Shown here piece by piece: positions 37,153 to 48,696 of a stretch of 64,000 bases of DNA. Position numbers and translations under genes: made by a program. The DNA is taken from the NCBI GenBank assembly GCA_002256025.1, contig NKIB01012935.1, forward strand, positions 1 through 64,000. Reading direction: 5' to 3'. Numbering within the stretch: the stretch's first letter is position 1; the number at the start of each line of letters is the position of its first letter. Under the pieces are notes generated by a model. It was not told the DNA's origin. It searched no databases and saw nothing but the letters and a program-made list of their open reading frames with translations. This DNA comes from Asterionella formosa (taxonomy: Eukaryota).

Positions 37153-37944
37153 TTAGTTGGCATCGTTTCCAAACGCCACTTGAGGATTCTGATAATCAAT
37201 CTCGTCATGATAAGGTCCATCTTGTTTGATGTCAGGACACGCAGTTGCCGAATTCGCCCATTGACCTGTCTCTGGACAAGGCGTCACAGCCAAGGAGGGA
37301 TACGAGCTTTTGAGTTGCTCTAAGATAGCTGATCCCACAAAGTCATTGCCTTCCCTTGAAAAATGAAGGCCATCATTAAAATATGATTCCCATCCCACCG
37401 ACTGTTGCATGAGTGACCACAAATGTATGCACGCTATGGAATTTGTGTCCGCCACTGCCTTGGCCGCTGTGGCGTACTTCTCTGCCCCTTCCAGAGTACG
37501 CTCGAGTTGTCCTGTCGCCTTGTTGCCATAGCGCGTTTTCTGGTAGTCTAATCTCTGCTGGTGCACGACCGGGGGTGCAGAGAGAATCAGAACTTTGGCA
37601 TCTGGGTAATGATGGCCGCAGAGGGCTATCAAGGTTTGCAAGTTTCGGCGAAAGTCATCTAGTGGGACATGGTGCCTTGGATTCAAGAGCGGATCGGATG
37701 CATCATTGGCACCAAAGAAAATAGTGATGATCTTCACATTTTTACCCTGTTTCCATACATCGGAGGTGTCAGCATATCGGAGGTACCATTCTGTATTGTA
37801 TCCAGCCATTCCTCGATTGATGACATCTGCCCGCCGTTGATAGGCGTCGGCCAATGTGCCGCCCCATCCATCCGAGGAGAGCTGTGTCAAGGAGTCACCC
37901 AGCAGTAGGATTTTGGCTCTTCCTGTCTTTGAAGTGATCGTCAT
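37153..37944 (-). CDS. IAH1: SGNH/GDSL hydrolase, isoamyl acetate-hydrolysing esterase 1-like
   Basis: ILLLGDSLTQ, RRADVINRGMAGYNT, IFFGANDA and DGLHFS blocks; alternative upstream ATG at 38019. Confidence 0.9.
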   Translation of the reverse strand: MTITSKTGRAKILLLGDSLTQLSSDGWGGTLADAYQRRADVINRGMAGYNTEWYLRYADTSDVWKQGKNVKIITIFFGANDASDPLLNPRHHVPLDDFRRNLQTLIALCGHHYPDAKVLILSAPPVVHQQRLDYQKTRYGNKATGQLERTLEGAEKYATAAKAVADTNSIACIHLWSLMQQSVGWESYFNDGLHFSREGNDFVGSAILEQLKSSYPSLAVTPCPETGQWANSATACPDIKQDGPYHDEIDYQNPQVAFGNDAN

Positions 37945-38097
37945 TGTTGAATTGCGCTTGTGCGCTATGAATCGAGAATGTAAAACAGCTAGGAGAAGAA
38001 TGCAAGTAATGATGGGCATGTTATTTACGTAGGAATATGATGTAAAAGCTAATCAAAGATGGACCACCCGTAATTGTACCCCTGGTACCTGGCACCA

Positions 38098-39599
38098 GGA
38101 AGGTGCGGTAATTGCGCGAAATGCGCACTTTTTTGGTTTCAGCCCGCCTGAAGGGCTGCAAGTACGACCGACCGTTGGAGTCGGCTGGCTTGCTATCCAT
38201 GTTCGTCCTTTTAAGTAATTTTAAATCATAAACGTACTTAGTGATTCGGCGTTTTCTCCTAATGAACCCTCCAATTTGCTCACTACACGAAAGTTTTGCT
38301 CATCGCTCATAGCATTTGCTCATCGCTAATTAAATTTTCTCAGTACCTTCAAATTCTTTCTCATAGCTAAAAAAATTTGCTCATTGCCACTAACTATTTC
38401 ATTTTCAAACAGTTACCTGTAAAGGCAGGAGCTGGCCCAGATTTTATCAATGTAGAGTTATGTCCGAAATATTGTTTTCACGAAAATAAATATTGTATAG
38501 CTTGCTGCATCCTGAACCTACATTAGGTAGCCACCGTTGCTTCCAGCCAGAACAACATCACTTTAGTACCAGTGAAATTTTGTGCATAAATAACATACAC
38601 ATGAATACATTTAAATAATTTTACCATCCGATCTCGTTGTTGTCATGGTTGAGTTCCTTCATGATGACCTTGAAATCGAGTCCATTGCACAGCGATGGTT
38701 GTGAAATTGCTGAAGTAGCTATATTGTTGCTGCTATAGCACCCTATTTGAGGAATTCCTGTACAGTTTCAACTCCAGGTACCCTACCGACAAGCTCAAGA
38801 GGTTTTGCACGTGATTTGGTTGGTGAAGTAGGCGTGGATTTGCCATGCTCAACACTAAATAGGTCGTATATAAACGAAATTATGTGCTCCCATGCCGCTT
38901 GATGCGTTTACTGAAAGCGCTGATCATGGCGGTAACGTTGATAAATCAAGCGGCGCGGGAGGTTGTAAAATTGATGAGTCACCAAACAACAGAATAATAC
39001 CGACATGGCCAATGTGATTTTAACACGATTTTTTGGGCGCAAAATATTACCGATTAATACATACATAGTAGGGTCAGATTTTTGCTTATACTAGGCCTAC
39101 GGGGTCTTTGTCGTGGCCCCTCATTCAAGCCAATAACGGTGGTATAATTAAAATAGCTCAATGACCGGTATTGCATAGAATTTACTGCCGGTATTTATTT
39201 GTTACTCTAATAAAGACAAATGATGAAGACGAAATTGTTTCAGCCTAAAAATTACGAGGTTTTATTTTTTGCCCATGACTTTTTTGCTTTTGCTCTAACC
39301 TTATCATTTTTGCTCTATCCCGAACTTTTTTGCTCAATCGCTAAATTTTTTGCTCACTAAGCGAAAATTTCGCTGATTGCTTAGAGCATTTGCTCATCGC
39401 TAAAAAATTTACTCAGCCACTGTAAATTGGCTTGGTTTAGCAATTATTACCTTTTTGTAATTACGCTTATAATTTGTATTTACGTAAGAAAAAACCATTT
39501 GCTAGAAAGTCAGCCGACTCCATCGGTCCGTTGTGGTTTCGAAGCCCTATCGGGCTGAAACCAAAAAAGCGCTCAGAAGGCGCAAATACCGCACCTTCC
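38098..39599. mobile_element. Non-autonomous element with ~140-bp imperfect TIRs (MULE-like)
   Basis: GGAAGGTGCGGTA.TTGCGC...TTTTTTGGTTTCAGCCCG...TGGAGTCGGCTG at the left end matches the reverse complement of 39460-39599; TTGCTCATCGCT subterminal repeats; possible degenerate 9-bp TSD (CTGGCACCA/CAGGTACCA). Confidence 0.75.
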
Positions 39600-39679
39600 A
39601 GGTACCACCAGCAAGTTGCGACAATTGTGCTAAAGCTAAATGTTAAGCTAACTTTATCCGAGATTAAATTGTTTGTTGA

Positions 39680-41955
39680 AGGTTCCTGCATTTGAACCCC
39701 TAGGCAAAAATTAAAATATTGCGGCCCCGCAGTTACACATCGCGAGGTCTGTTTTTTCCAAAAAAATTTTATGTACATCAATCTACACAGTACGAACAAC
39801 TAAATATAATAGTTAAAGGTAAAACTAGCTTTCACCAATGCGACCACTTTGCATATGCTTAGATACAGTGCGTCATTCCTCGACTTAGGGGTATGATCTA
39901 TATGGTAAGGACCTCATTTCTGGAGAGAAGTGGCAGTTATGTATCATAGATTCATAACTATCCAAAAAGTACTAAATAAAGGGGGCCATCAAGCTTTTAA
40001 AAAAATCTACGAGGGATAACTGCCACTTCTCTGCAGAAGTTAAATCCTGACGTTATAGGGTACATGGCTATCTATTTCATTCTTTATGAAGCCCCGTAGA
40101 TGTAGAGCAATCCTCTTCCAAAAAGTCGACCCGATCGGCTTTTTCAACAGCCGCCAAAATATTGGAATCAGAATTTGTACGAGCAAAAACGTTCTCGTAT
40201 ACTTAGAGTCTTGCACAGGTATGTTTCGCTGAATAATTCTCAGTCCGAAAAGACTCCTGGGTGCGTTCCCGCGTTACTACACATATTCTGATTGGTTTAA
40301 TTGAATTTATTCACCTGCTCCAGATTCGCTGAAGTATCCCGGTCTTGTAAAATCTTGCCAGCCACACTTGAACCACACGTATTAGATGTGCTGAGCGAAT
40401 GCTGGTTAAAATATAAAATCAGTACCGGTACTACCGGTAGTTTCATCCTGTCTTCCATCATGATGGCTGAACGACCAAGATTATGTACTACCTGGTACTC
40501 CGAGTACCGAAATACTGTTACTCTGGGACTCCAGTACTGATTTACATACCGGTATATACCTTTGTGAGTGGAGTGATATAGAAACTTCATCCAGCCACGT
40601 CGAAAAAAATAAACGTATAAACTCTAACCATGAACATCCATGTTGGAATACTCCTGATTTATATAGGTGTTTTGGCGTTGAGCAAAATTATGTCTACATT
40701 CAGCAACCAAAATTTATCATAAACATTTAAATATCATTTTTGTTTGTTTAAAATGCAACTCTATCACTCTGGCGCCGATTCCTGATTAATTCAAATATTC
40801 AAATGGACATTCGAATAATGGGAATTCATAGTAGGAAACTCCGTGTTCCACGCCGTTTTTACAACCCTAGCGATGTTTTCTCCAAACTAGGGTTAAGCCG
40901 TGGCCGCAACCTGCATTTCATTCCTAGTTTAGAGGTAGGGTTAAAATTATAATATTGAGTCAGAGTATTCAAGCACACACTTCTTACGAGTAAAACATGA
41001 AGTGTATCGCTATACGGAGCTTTCACCAATATACACCCTTTTCATATGTTTAGATACAGTCATTGACAAAAGCAGGGGTACAGGTCAACGCTATATATCG
41101 TCAGTATATAAAATCTGGCGAGAAACTACAGAAAGGAACGGTTTTCTAGCTATGCTATAAAGACTAGAAATTTCGGGGGAAATCACTTTATTTGGCATAG
41201 TAAAAAACCGAAGTTCCTTTCTGCAGTTGGTCACCAGAAGTTATATAATGATGCCATTTGAAGGTTACCTAGCTATGTATTTAAATCGGCTTCAGACCCA
41301 GCCAACTTTAAGCTATCGTTGTCCAAAAATTCGACAAAATCGGCCTTTTCTACGGTCTCCGAAATATTGGAATCAGAACCACTTCGCGCCGAAACGTTAT
41401 CATTGGAATGGTAGTCTTGTGATGCAATATTTAGTCGTGAAATTTCCAGTACCAATAATTCCATTGTAAGTGCGGGCAGTATCATAAATGTCCTGATTGG
41501 CTATGGCGAAATACTCGACTCTGTTTGATTTGTGAGAGGAATTGCAAACCCACACCAGCCACATTGGATACACATGTAACATTTCTTTGGTTGTATCGGT
41601 AGGCCGGTACTCTATCCAGTGCAGGTACCAGTAGATTATCATCATTGGACATCATACGTGTGGTACCTGGTACCACTCGTTGATTGCACTTTCAAATATT
41701 TGCCGAGCCGCAGGGTCTTATACAAGGAAAAGAAATCGTTGGTACATATACATACAGTGATGAATAATGTCTCTCTATATATTTAGCTATTTCAAAAAGG
41801 AATCTATGTATGTACTCGCAAATTTCCACTGATTTGAATATTTCAAACGGAATCATGTCATTCAAAAATAGCTCCTATAAATTCTTAGTTCCAGGGAATT
41901 TCGGCAACCCTGAGCAATATTTCAATTTTTGCCTTAAGGTTGAAATGCAGGAACC
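39680..41955. mobile_element. Cluster of adjacent GGTT...AACC MITEs (39680-40912 and 40911-41955), with internal insertions
   Basis: Termini AGGTTCCTGCATTTGAACCCCTAGG, GGCCGCAACC and AAATGCAGGAACC|TTAA; internal similarity to 24260-24860, 31690-31815, 50825-51180, 53641-53960. Confidence 0.75.
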
Positions 41956-42299
41956 TTAAGCAAAATGACCGCAACTTGCAGGCGGTACTAGGGGTATCTG
42001 GTACCAGGCAAGGAGTACCATCAGCAATGCGTGCAAGAAAAGGTGCGGTCATTTTCATGAAGCAGACAACGTTTTGCCGGACAGGCGCTTATGTCAATTT
42101 ATGTAGTATACTACCAGGTAGTATAGAATATAGAACAACGTCTCGTGGATATACTATGCAGTGTATTAACCAGCCTCAACTGGACGGAAAAATGTGGACT
42201 AATTTTCCCACAGATTGAAATAGTCTGCTAGCTATGGGAGAGAATTTCGAATACGGCGTACATCGTATGTAAATCACCAAACATATGACCGGGTAACAA

Positions 42300-43280
42300 A
42301 GATGCGGGCAAGTTCAACAGTGAATAAAAGAACAACATACCCATGAAAACAAGAAGTCGACAGTGTGTGTACGCACACGCCAAGCAGGTTTGAGGCAACG
42401 GACAGTTCCAACAAGCAAATGACAATACGGATATCAAATTTTTCCTATGATGATACCGATACCAGGCGGGTTTTCCATGAGCAAACAACAACGAAGAGAA
42501 TCACTTGCTTTCGCTCTCTTGATGGTATCAAAGATGCAGACAAATTCAATATTAATTACAAGTGCAGCATGCGAAATGCGGAAATGAGCGATATGAAAAA
42601 GAAATTGTAAGCAGAATCATTCTATAACTATAACTATAACTATGTGGATAGCAGTCTGTTACATTTTCGTATCTCCTTGTTCTATGCTGAATCTCAATAG
42701 TAGATATAGTATCATGTGAGAATTGAAAATGTCAACAAGAACAAGTAGAATGTTCTTGTTTACAAGTTGATTTGCAAGATTTGCATGCTGGTGGTCGACG
42801 AAACGGATTTACTACTTGCGCTGTGTGCGGAACCATTCCGTGTTCGAATGATTTCTTCTCTGTAAACTCTTAATTGAATGATTATGAACAATGGCTGGTT
42901 CACTGACATGATGGTTACTCAAAGATTGTATGATGATCACTTGACCAACAATTGAAGTCGTTATCGCAAACAATCATTCCACTTGCTTGTCATTGCTAGT
43001 ATTTCGTTGTTGTTGCAAATATCGGAGTGATGACGGATGGAAATGACGAGCCAAATTACATTACTTTAGCTGGTACATTATTCTACCAAGAAATTCAAAA
43101 GCAGCAGGAATCTAATAGAAACAATACATTTAATAAATAAATATACATTGTCAAAAGGGTTACTATTTAAATTACATGGGCATTTATCAAAATTATTAGA
43201 CGATATAACGAAAATTTATGATCAGATGATCACAATCCTATGATGCATCATCAGAATATGATAGTTTTTATTTGCAGACG
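42300..43280 (+). mobile_element. Second copy of the right ~1 kb of the 13866-23681 Plavaka-type element
   Basis: Aligns with ~22755-23681 (paralogous ORFs 22816-23034 and 42365-42610); similarity stops exactly at TTTATTTGCAGACG. Confidence 0.88.
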
Positions 43281-43289
43281 GAGTTGGCC

Positions 43290-43566
43290 CAGTAAAATCC
43301 ACTATTTTCAGCATAGTTAAAAAAATCGAAGTTCTTTTTGCACTTTCTCTCCAGATCCTTATCCTGACAATATATAGCACTGACCTATACTCCTACTTTG
43401 ATCAATGATAGTATCTAAGCATATGGAATGGGTGTACCGGTATATTGGTGAAAGCTCCGTTTAGTGATATAAATTTATGTTTTACTCGTATGAAGTTTAT
43501 GTTTCACTATTTTTTTGAAATTTTTTTTACCCTTTCCTCGAGCTAGGGGTTCAAATGCAGGAACCT
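43290..43566 (-). repeat. Terminal fragment of GGTT...AACC MITE family, followed by TTAA
   Basis: ...CTAGGGGTTCAAATGCAGGAACC|TTAA; inverted match to 40911-41110. Confidence 0.75.
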
Positions 43567-44072
43567 TAAATTAGGAAGCTTCAATAGACCTACTATAGAA
43601 AGCCAAGAGCCTGGCCAACATTTAGTTATGTACCTTGATTTGTTGTCGGGCTCACCATGAAATTTGACTAAAATAGTTTGAGTCGAAACATGGTGTAAAG
43701 TTTATTCCTATGACTCTCATGCCTCTAACTGGTACGAGTACCTGGTACCTGGTACATACGACACTATGATGCATGTTTAGATCTTCATAATCTGTAGTAT
43801 ACCGGTACCTGGTACCAGGAACTGGTCCTGGTAGCGTAGCTAAAAGGAGGGGCAGGTTCAATCCGATTGATGCAGGTGAGACAACATATCGGTATATGGA
43901 GGTACCGGTATATGATATGCCAGTCTACGGTACAGGAGTACATGTATGCAAAAACCAACCAGTACACCAAACAATCATCATCAACAATTCTTTTCTGTAT
44001 CTTACAATCCGATCCGCGCCTTCATGCGAATACGAGTAGCCGCCCATTCCAAACACAAGTGACCTGACCACC

Positions 44073-44957
44073 ATGGCATCCCAAGAAGAACGAGACCTCA
44101 TCATGGCAGAGTATATGGCATCTGTACAACGCGAAGGCCAGAATGACGAGGACGAAGCCGACTTTGATCCCGACGATGATGACGACGACGACGATGATGA
44201 TGATGACGACGAGGAATTTGACGAAGAAGCTCTAGAAGAGCCCCTCACTCTAAGAGGAAAACTTTATTTTGAATGCAATCATTTGCATTACAGGGGAAAT
44301 ACATCAGAAGGTGACCAATTCACCTTTTCTTCATCCAAACCACTCCATTGGAATCCTAGTCTGCCCTTTGACGACGGAAGTAACGGAAAGTCTGCTTCTA
44401 GCAGCATTAATACTAGATCCATTCAGATGGAAGGGGGGATCGGTACGGCAAAGAAGGCGAATGTCACATGTATGATCGAATCTACTTCGACTACCGTTGC
44501 TCCTTCTGATTCCAAACCACAAGGTAAATCAACAGGTGACACGGATGACGGCGACGACAAGAAGCCAGTGGCAGAGGCTCGTTCCCAAAACAAAACAAAA
44601 GCAGATATGGTTTACTTCATTACAGCAACTTCCTTAACGTTCAGTTTTACAGGCCCCCTACTCCAAAATGGTGAACTGGTTTGTGTCTATGATCCCATTC
44701 GACCGGGGCGTCCAGTTGCTACTGCAGCGTCAAGGCTACACGACGAGGATGAGGATGACGAAGATGATGCCGCGGACGAAGGTATTGGATATGATGAACT
44801 TATTGCCCTGCATCAAGATGCGGGCATGCCTGTGGAGCAATTGAGAAAACGAGTCTACAGCGGTGCATCAACGAGAGTAGAAGAGGACAATGACACTAAG
44901 AAGTTAAAAGCAGCCCACTCAACAGACGACGAGGATGATGACTTCGAAGGCTTTTAG
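44073..44957 (+). CDS. Hypothetical highly acidic protein (poly-Asp tracts)
   Basis: Intact 294-aa ATG ORF with gene-like GC content; convergent with the next gene (77-bp gap). Confidence 0.8.
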   Translation: MASQEERDLIMAEYMASVQREGQNDEDEADFDPDDDDDDDDDDDDDEEFDEEALEEPLTLRGKLYFECNHLHYRGNTSEGDQFTFSSSKPLHWNPSLPFDDGSNGKSASSSINTRSIQMEGGIGTAKKANVTCMIESTSTTVAPSDSKPQGKSTGDTDDGDDKKPVAEARSQNKTKADMVYFITATSLTFSFTGPLLQNGELVCVYDPIRPGRPVATAASRLHDEDEDDEDDAADEGIGYDELIALHQDAGMPVEQLRKRVYSGASTRVEEDNDTKKLKAAHSTDDEDDDFEGF

Positions 44958-45034
44958 TCAGGCGCGTAAATATTAGGTTTTCAAGCACAAAAGTGTTGTT
45001 ATAAATGATGGACAAAGTATTCGTTTTGAAAACT

Positions 45035-46369
45035 TCAAATGTTCTTTAGAGTTCTAAACGAATGAACAGTTGCCTTCATGTATGCCGCGAGAGCCCGTTG
45101 TTGATTCTTTCGATCATCTACAAGAACTACTTTGAGCCGGGCAATCTCTTTCTCCGCTTTTTCCAGTTTAGCTGTAACATCCATTAACTTTCCTGTGTGA
45201 TAATTTTCGAGTTCCCTAATGTGCGACTTATGCTTCTTTGCCATTTTTTGGATCGATTGCTGATTTGAAAGTTCCTCCTTTACTTGACGCTGCATATCTG
45301 TTAAAATTTCATCGTGTCGTGACTTCATTTCTGAATAGCTCGCATGAATTGCGTCTCTGACGGCTACAAAGCGGTCGTCCACCATATCCTGCGCCAGCTC
45401 CTCAATTTGCTCCATGTCAATTGTGAGATGTTGAGGTGGAAAGGGAATTCTAGCGGGGGCTGTTTCCTTTGTCCAACCAGTAGTGGTAAGAAGTATTCTG
45501 TTGACAAAGTAACTGGCATCGTTTTGCTTGTCAGCGTCGGACTGTTGCGCCGAGAGCAGTTTCTGAGTAAACAGTCCGGCGAGCGCTTTTGTGGTCCTGG
45601 AGGGACCACCTGGTATATCAGCGGGGGTAGGGGAAGGTGCACTGTTGCCACTTGGTGCGCGAGAATTCCTGTGTGCATTTTCCGTGGGAACGAGGGCAGC
45701 CTTGGAAGGTTTAATATTTGCGTTTGTCATTTCGTTTATTTTGGACGACTTGGGAGCAGACAGTTTCGACTTCTTGGAAACTGGTCCAGGTGATTTAGGT
45801 TTATTTTCCAAGGCATTTTTAGACGCATCTTTTCGCTTTTTAGGTGGCTGAGGAAGGGAGACCCTTGCATTCTGGGGTGATGCTCTGAACGATGCAACGC
45901 TCGGTGATTCCCTGTAATCGTCGTCACTGCAGAGCGTGATAACTTTGTCCTCTTCGTTTTTTGCTCGTGTTGGATCTGGGGATTTTAAATTGGGTGCAAC
46001 TGACGGATGTTGCAAGCTCGCCGCCCATGAATTCCCTCTGGGGTCCTGGAAGAATCCAATGGGGATAATGTTCCTTGGATCTACATTTTCTGTTTCGGGC
46101 ATCGCCTGTTGGTTCAACATCACATTTAATGCATGTTGCGTTAGCTGTTCATCTTGTGCCAGTTGCATTGCAGTACGACGGTTGTATTGAGCTCGATTTA
46201 AAACGGCAAGTTGGAGGTCGGTAGGGGATGGAGCTATCATGGACCCGTTGGCAACAAAGAATGATTGCAACCGAGATGCAGCGGCCACACGGCGGGCTCG
46301 AAGCAGCGACGCTGTAGCTTCGTCGTACCCGTCGTCGGCTAGTAGGTTCATGTGTGAAAACCCAGACAT
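45035..46369 (-). CDS. Hypothetical protein, disordered basic middle (possible NLS PPKKRK) and C-terminal coiled coil
   Basis: Intact 444-aa ATG ORF with gene-like composition. Confidence 0.8.
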   Translation of the reverse strand: MSGFSHMNLLADDGYDEATASLLRARRVAAASRLQSFFVANGSMIAPSPTDLQLAVLNRAQYNRRTAMQLAQDEQLTQHALNVMLNQQAMPETENVDPRNIIPIGFFQDPRGNSWAASLQHPSVAPNLKSPDPTRAKNEEDKVITLCSDDDYRESPSVASFRASPQNARVSLPQPPKKRKDASKNALENKPKSPGPVSKKSKLSAPKSSKINEMTNANIKPSKAALVPTENAHRNSRAPSGNSAPSPTPADIPGGPSRTTKALAGLFTQKLLSAQQSDADKQNDASYFVNRILLTTTGWTKETAPARIPFPPQHLTIDMEQIEELAQDMVDDRFVAVRDAIHASYSEMKSRHDEILTDMQRQVKEELSNQQSIQKMAKKHKSHIRELENYHTGKLMDVTAKLEKAEKEIARLKVVLVDDRKNQQRALAAYMKATVHSFRTLKNI

Positions 46370-46864
46370 GGTGCAGACTTATACTGGTTCTAATAGTAAC
46401 ACAAGAAGAGATAGAGACGAATTGATTCAGATGATGATGGCTGAACAGTGACCACACTATTGAGGGACGAGGGTCATCAAAATCGGCGTGGTACATACCA
46501 GGTACCTGGTACTGTATACCGGTACGTACGATACCGGTATTTAGCGAACGTTCCTGTACCAGGTACATACATAAATATGTACGCCTCCATGCCGCCTGAG
46601 TGTTAGCCCATGGTACCAGGTACCCTGGTACGGTACAGGGTACCAGGTACCTGTTAATAATTCTAATCATACATAGTTCCATGGAGGGAGCTACAGGTAG
46701 CTGATGGTACGTAATATTACCCTGGTATGTGGTGCTTGGTGAGTGAAAGAAAAAGAAAACATTGCAAGCAACTGTTAATTGCAATTGCTTGACCGACAAC
46801 TGACTCTTGTGCTCGTTCCCTCTGCTTACATTTTACACATGCTTGTTACCATCACATATTGAAC

Positions 46865-48424
46865 ATGAAACGTCCCCTGCTACCAGTACCCATCATGAGT
46901 GTTCTTTTCGCAATTCTCCGATGCATTGTCCTTTGCCAGTCTTCGTCTGTGGCATTTTCCCTTGTCCCTGTTCCACATCATTTTCATTATCGCAATAATT
47001 GCAAGCACATGCACCCTCATCGAACATCAACTTGTATACGAGCCGAGGAGGGACCAGTTATGTTCGATGACTTTGGTGGTGAAATTCTTGGCGACTCTGC
47101 ATCGGGTTCAACACCTCCGCTACTGCAAGAACGAATTTCCGACTTTAAAGCTGCACTAGTGAAAAAGGACGCGCAACTTGCCAAGAATTGGCGCCAGGGC
47201 AATTGGAAGGTTCGAGGCTTTTCATTGGACAAGTGCAGTACTGATGACGCGACCGCTATTCACGTATCCAAAGTTGCCCCGGGACTCGACGAACACTCCA
47301 TTGTAGTGGGACGATCCGATGGGAGTGTTGTTTTGGTGACACTGGGAACGGAATATTGGACCAACTTTCGTGCTGCACCCGTGAAGCAAGGCGATCCCAC
47401 TAGTGACCTATTGCTCCAGCAGCCAGAGCAAGAAGACACATCACAGGAACCTTTTGAAATAACACATCAATTCATGGCCGGCGCGAATGCCATATCTGCT
47501 ATAATGGTGGCTGATCATGCTGACAAGGACGATACTGTCCTTGTTACGGCAAGCAACGACGGAGTCATTCATCTATGGGCCTACCCGGATACGAGTAACG
47601 ATAAGGTGGTGCCACTCCGAACGTTAGAATTTCATCGGGGGTCTGTCGTAGCTCTCAAGAAGGTCAAAATGGCGGACAACAAAGAATTGCTATTTTCGGC
47701 AAGTCGCGATGGCACCATGGCCTTGTGGGACTTGTGGACAGGGGATTTAGTATTCCACTGTAGTATGTGGAAGGAGGAAGAAAATAACGGGTCTAACAGT
47801 ATTACATGCGCTGATGTGGAAGGATCACATATTTATGTAGGACTGTCGTCGGGCTACATTGTTGGGTACCTGGTGGACGAAATGGTGCAGGCCGCCAGTG
47901 TTGGCGACGCCTTTCCCAAACCAAACGGAAAATTCAAGGCACATGATGCTGGTGTTACGGCTTTGTCATGTGCCGGAGAAGGGTCCCTGCGGATATCGCG
48001 TCCAGATACCAAGAGTTCCATTTTGTTGACAGGGGGTACCGACGGCATAGTGAAACAGTGGGAAATGATTTCCGACGATTCTTCGCCTACCTCGACGAAA
48101 TTGCAACATTGGCCAAGAATTTCAAGTCAACGTATGAAACGGCGGGCTCATCTCTTTGAAGGGCACTCTCCTGGGCCGATCACTTCTCTTGCATGTGCGG
48201 ACCCATCCAAGATTTTATCTGCAGGTGCCGATGGGACTGTTAGAGCCTGGAGTCCTTCCAAGGGTACAGAAATGTTTAGAATGGATGGTTTTACCGACTC
48301 TCTCACGAGTCTCTGTCTTGTGGAGGACTTGTTGATAACGGACGGGATGGAACAGTTTGTCTGTGTCCACGACTTCGATGTCAATGATAGTGAATTCGAA
48401 AGTGGCTACGAATTGGAATGGTAA
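46865..48424 (+). CDS. WD40-repeat protein with bipartite (signal peptide + ASAFAP-like) plastid-targeting presequence
   Basis: WD repeats (TASNDGVIHLW, SASRDGTMALWD, TGGTDGIVKQWE, SAGADGTVRAW); hydrophobic N-terminus ending SSSVA|FSLVP followed by a His/Arg-rich transit-like segment. Confidence 0.88.
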   Translation: MKRPLLPVPIMSVLFAILRCIVLCQSSSVAFSLVPVPHHFHYRNNCKHMHPHRTSTCIRAEEGPVMFDDFGGEILGDSASGSTPPLLQERISDFKAALVKKDAQLAKNWRQGNWKVRGFSLDKCSTDDATAIHVSKVAPGLDEHSIVVGRSDGSVVLVTLGTEYWTNFRAAPVKQGDPTSDLLLQQPEQEDTSQEPFEITHQFMAGANAISAIMVADHADKDDTVLVTASNDGVIHLWAYPDTSNDKVVPLRTLEFHRGSVVALKKVKMADNKELLFSASRDGTMALWDLWTGDLVFHCSMWKEEENNGSNSITCADVEGSHIYVGLSSGYIVGYLVDEMVQAASVGDAFPKPNGKFKAHDAGVTALSCAGEGSLRISRPDTKSSILLTGGTDGIVKQWEMISDDSSPTSTKLQHWPRISSQRMKRRAHLFEGHSPGPITSLACADPSKILSAGADGTVRAWSPSKGTEMFRMDGFTDSLTSLCLVEDLLITDGMEQFVCVHDFDVNDSEFESGYELEW

Positions 48425-48696
48425 ACAGATATGTTGATGCCTCGGTTTTCATTAGAAAATCTTCTCAACCTGCACATAATAATGGGAATATTTTGTCTAG
48501 ATTTATGCCGGCTAGAACTGGCTTTATTGCTATACTGCTCTCCCAGCACGGGATGTTGGACGAAGAACCAAATGGTCACTCCCCATCCTGGAGAATCTCA
48601 CGAACAACGTGCATACAGGTGATAGAAATCATAAAAACACAGATTGTTTTGGCAATTAAAAAAAGAAAGGAATTGAAACAGAGTACCGGTATGGGA

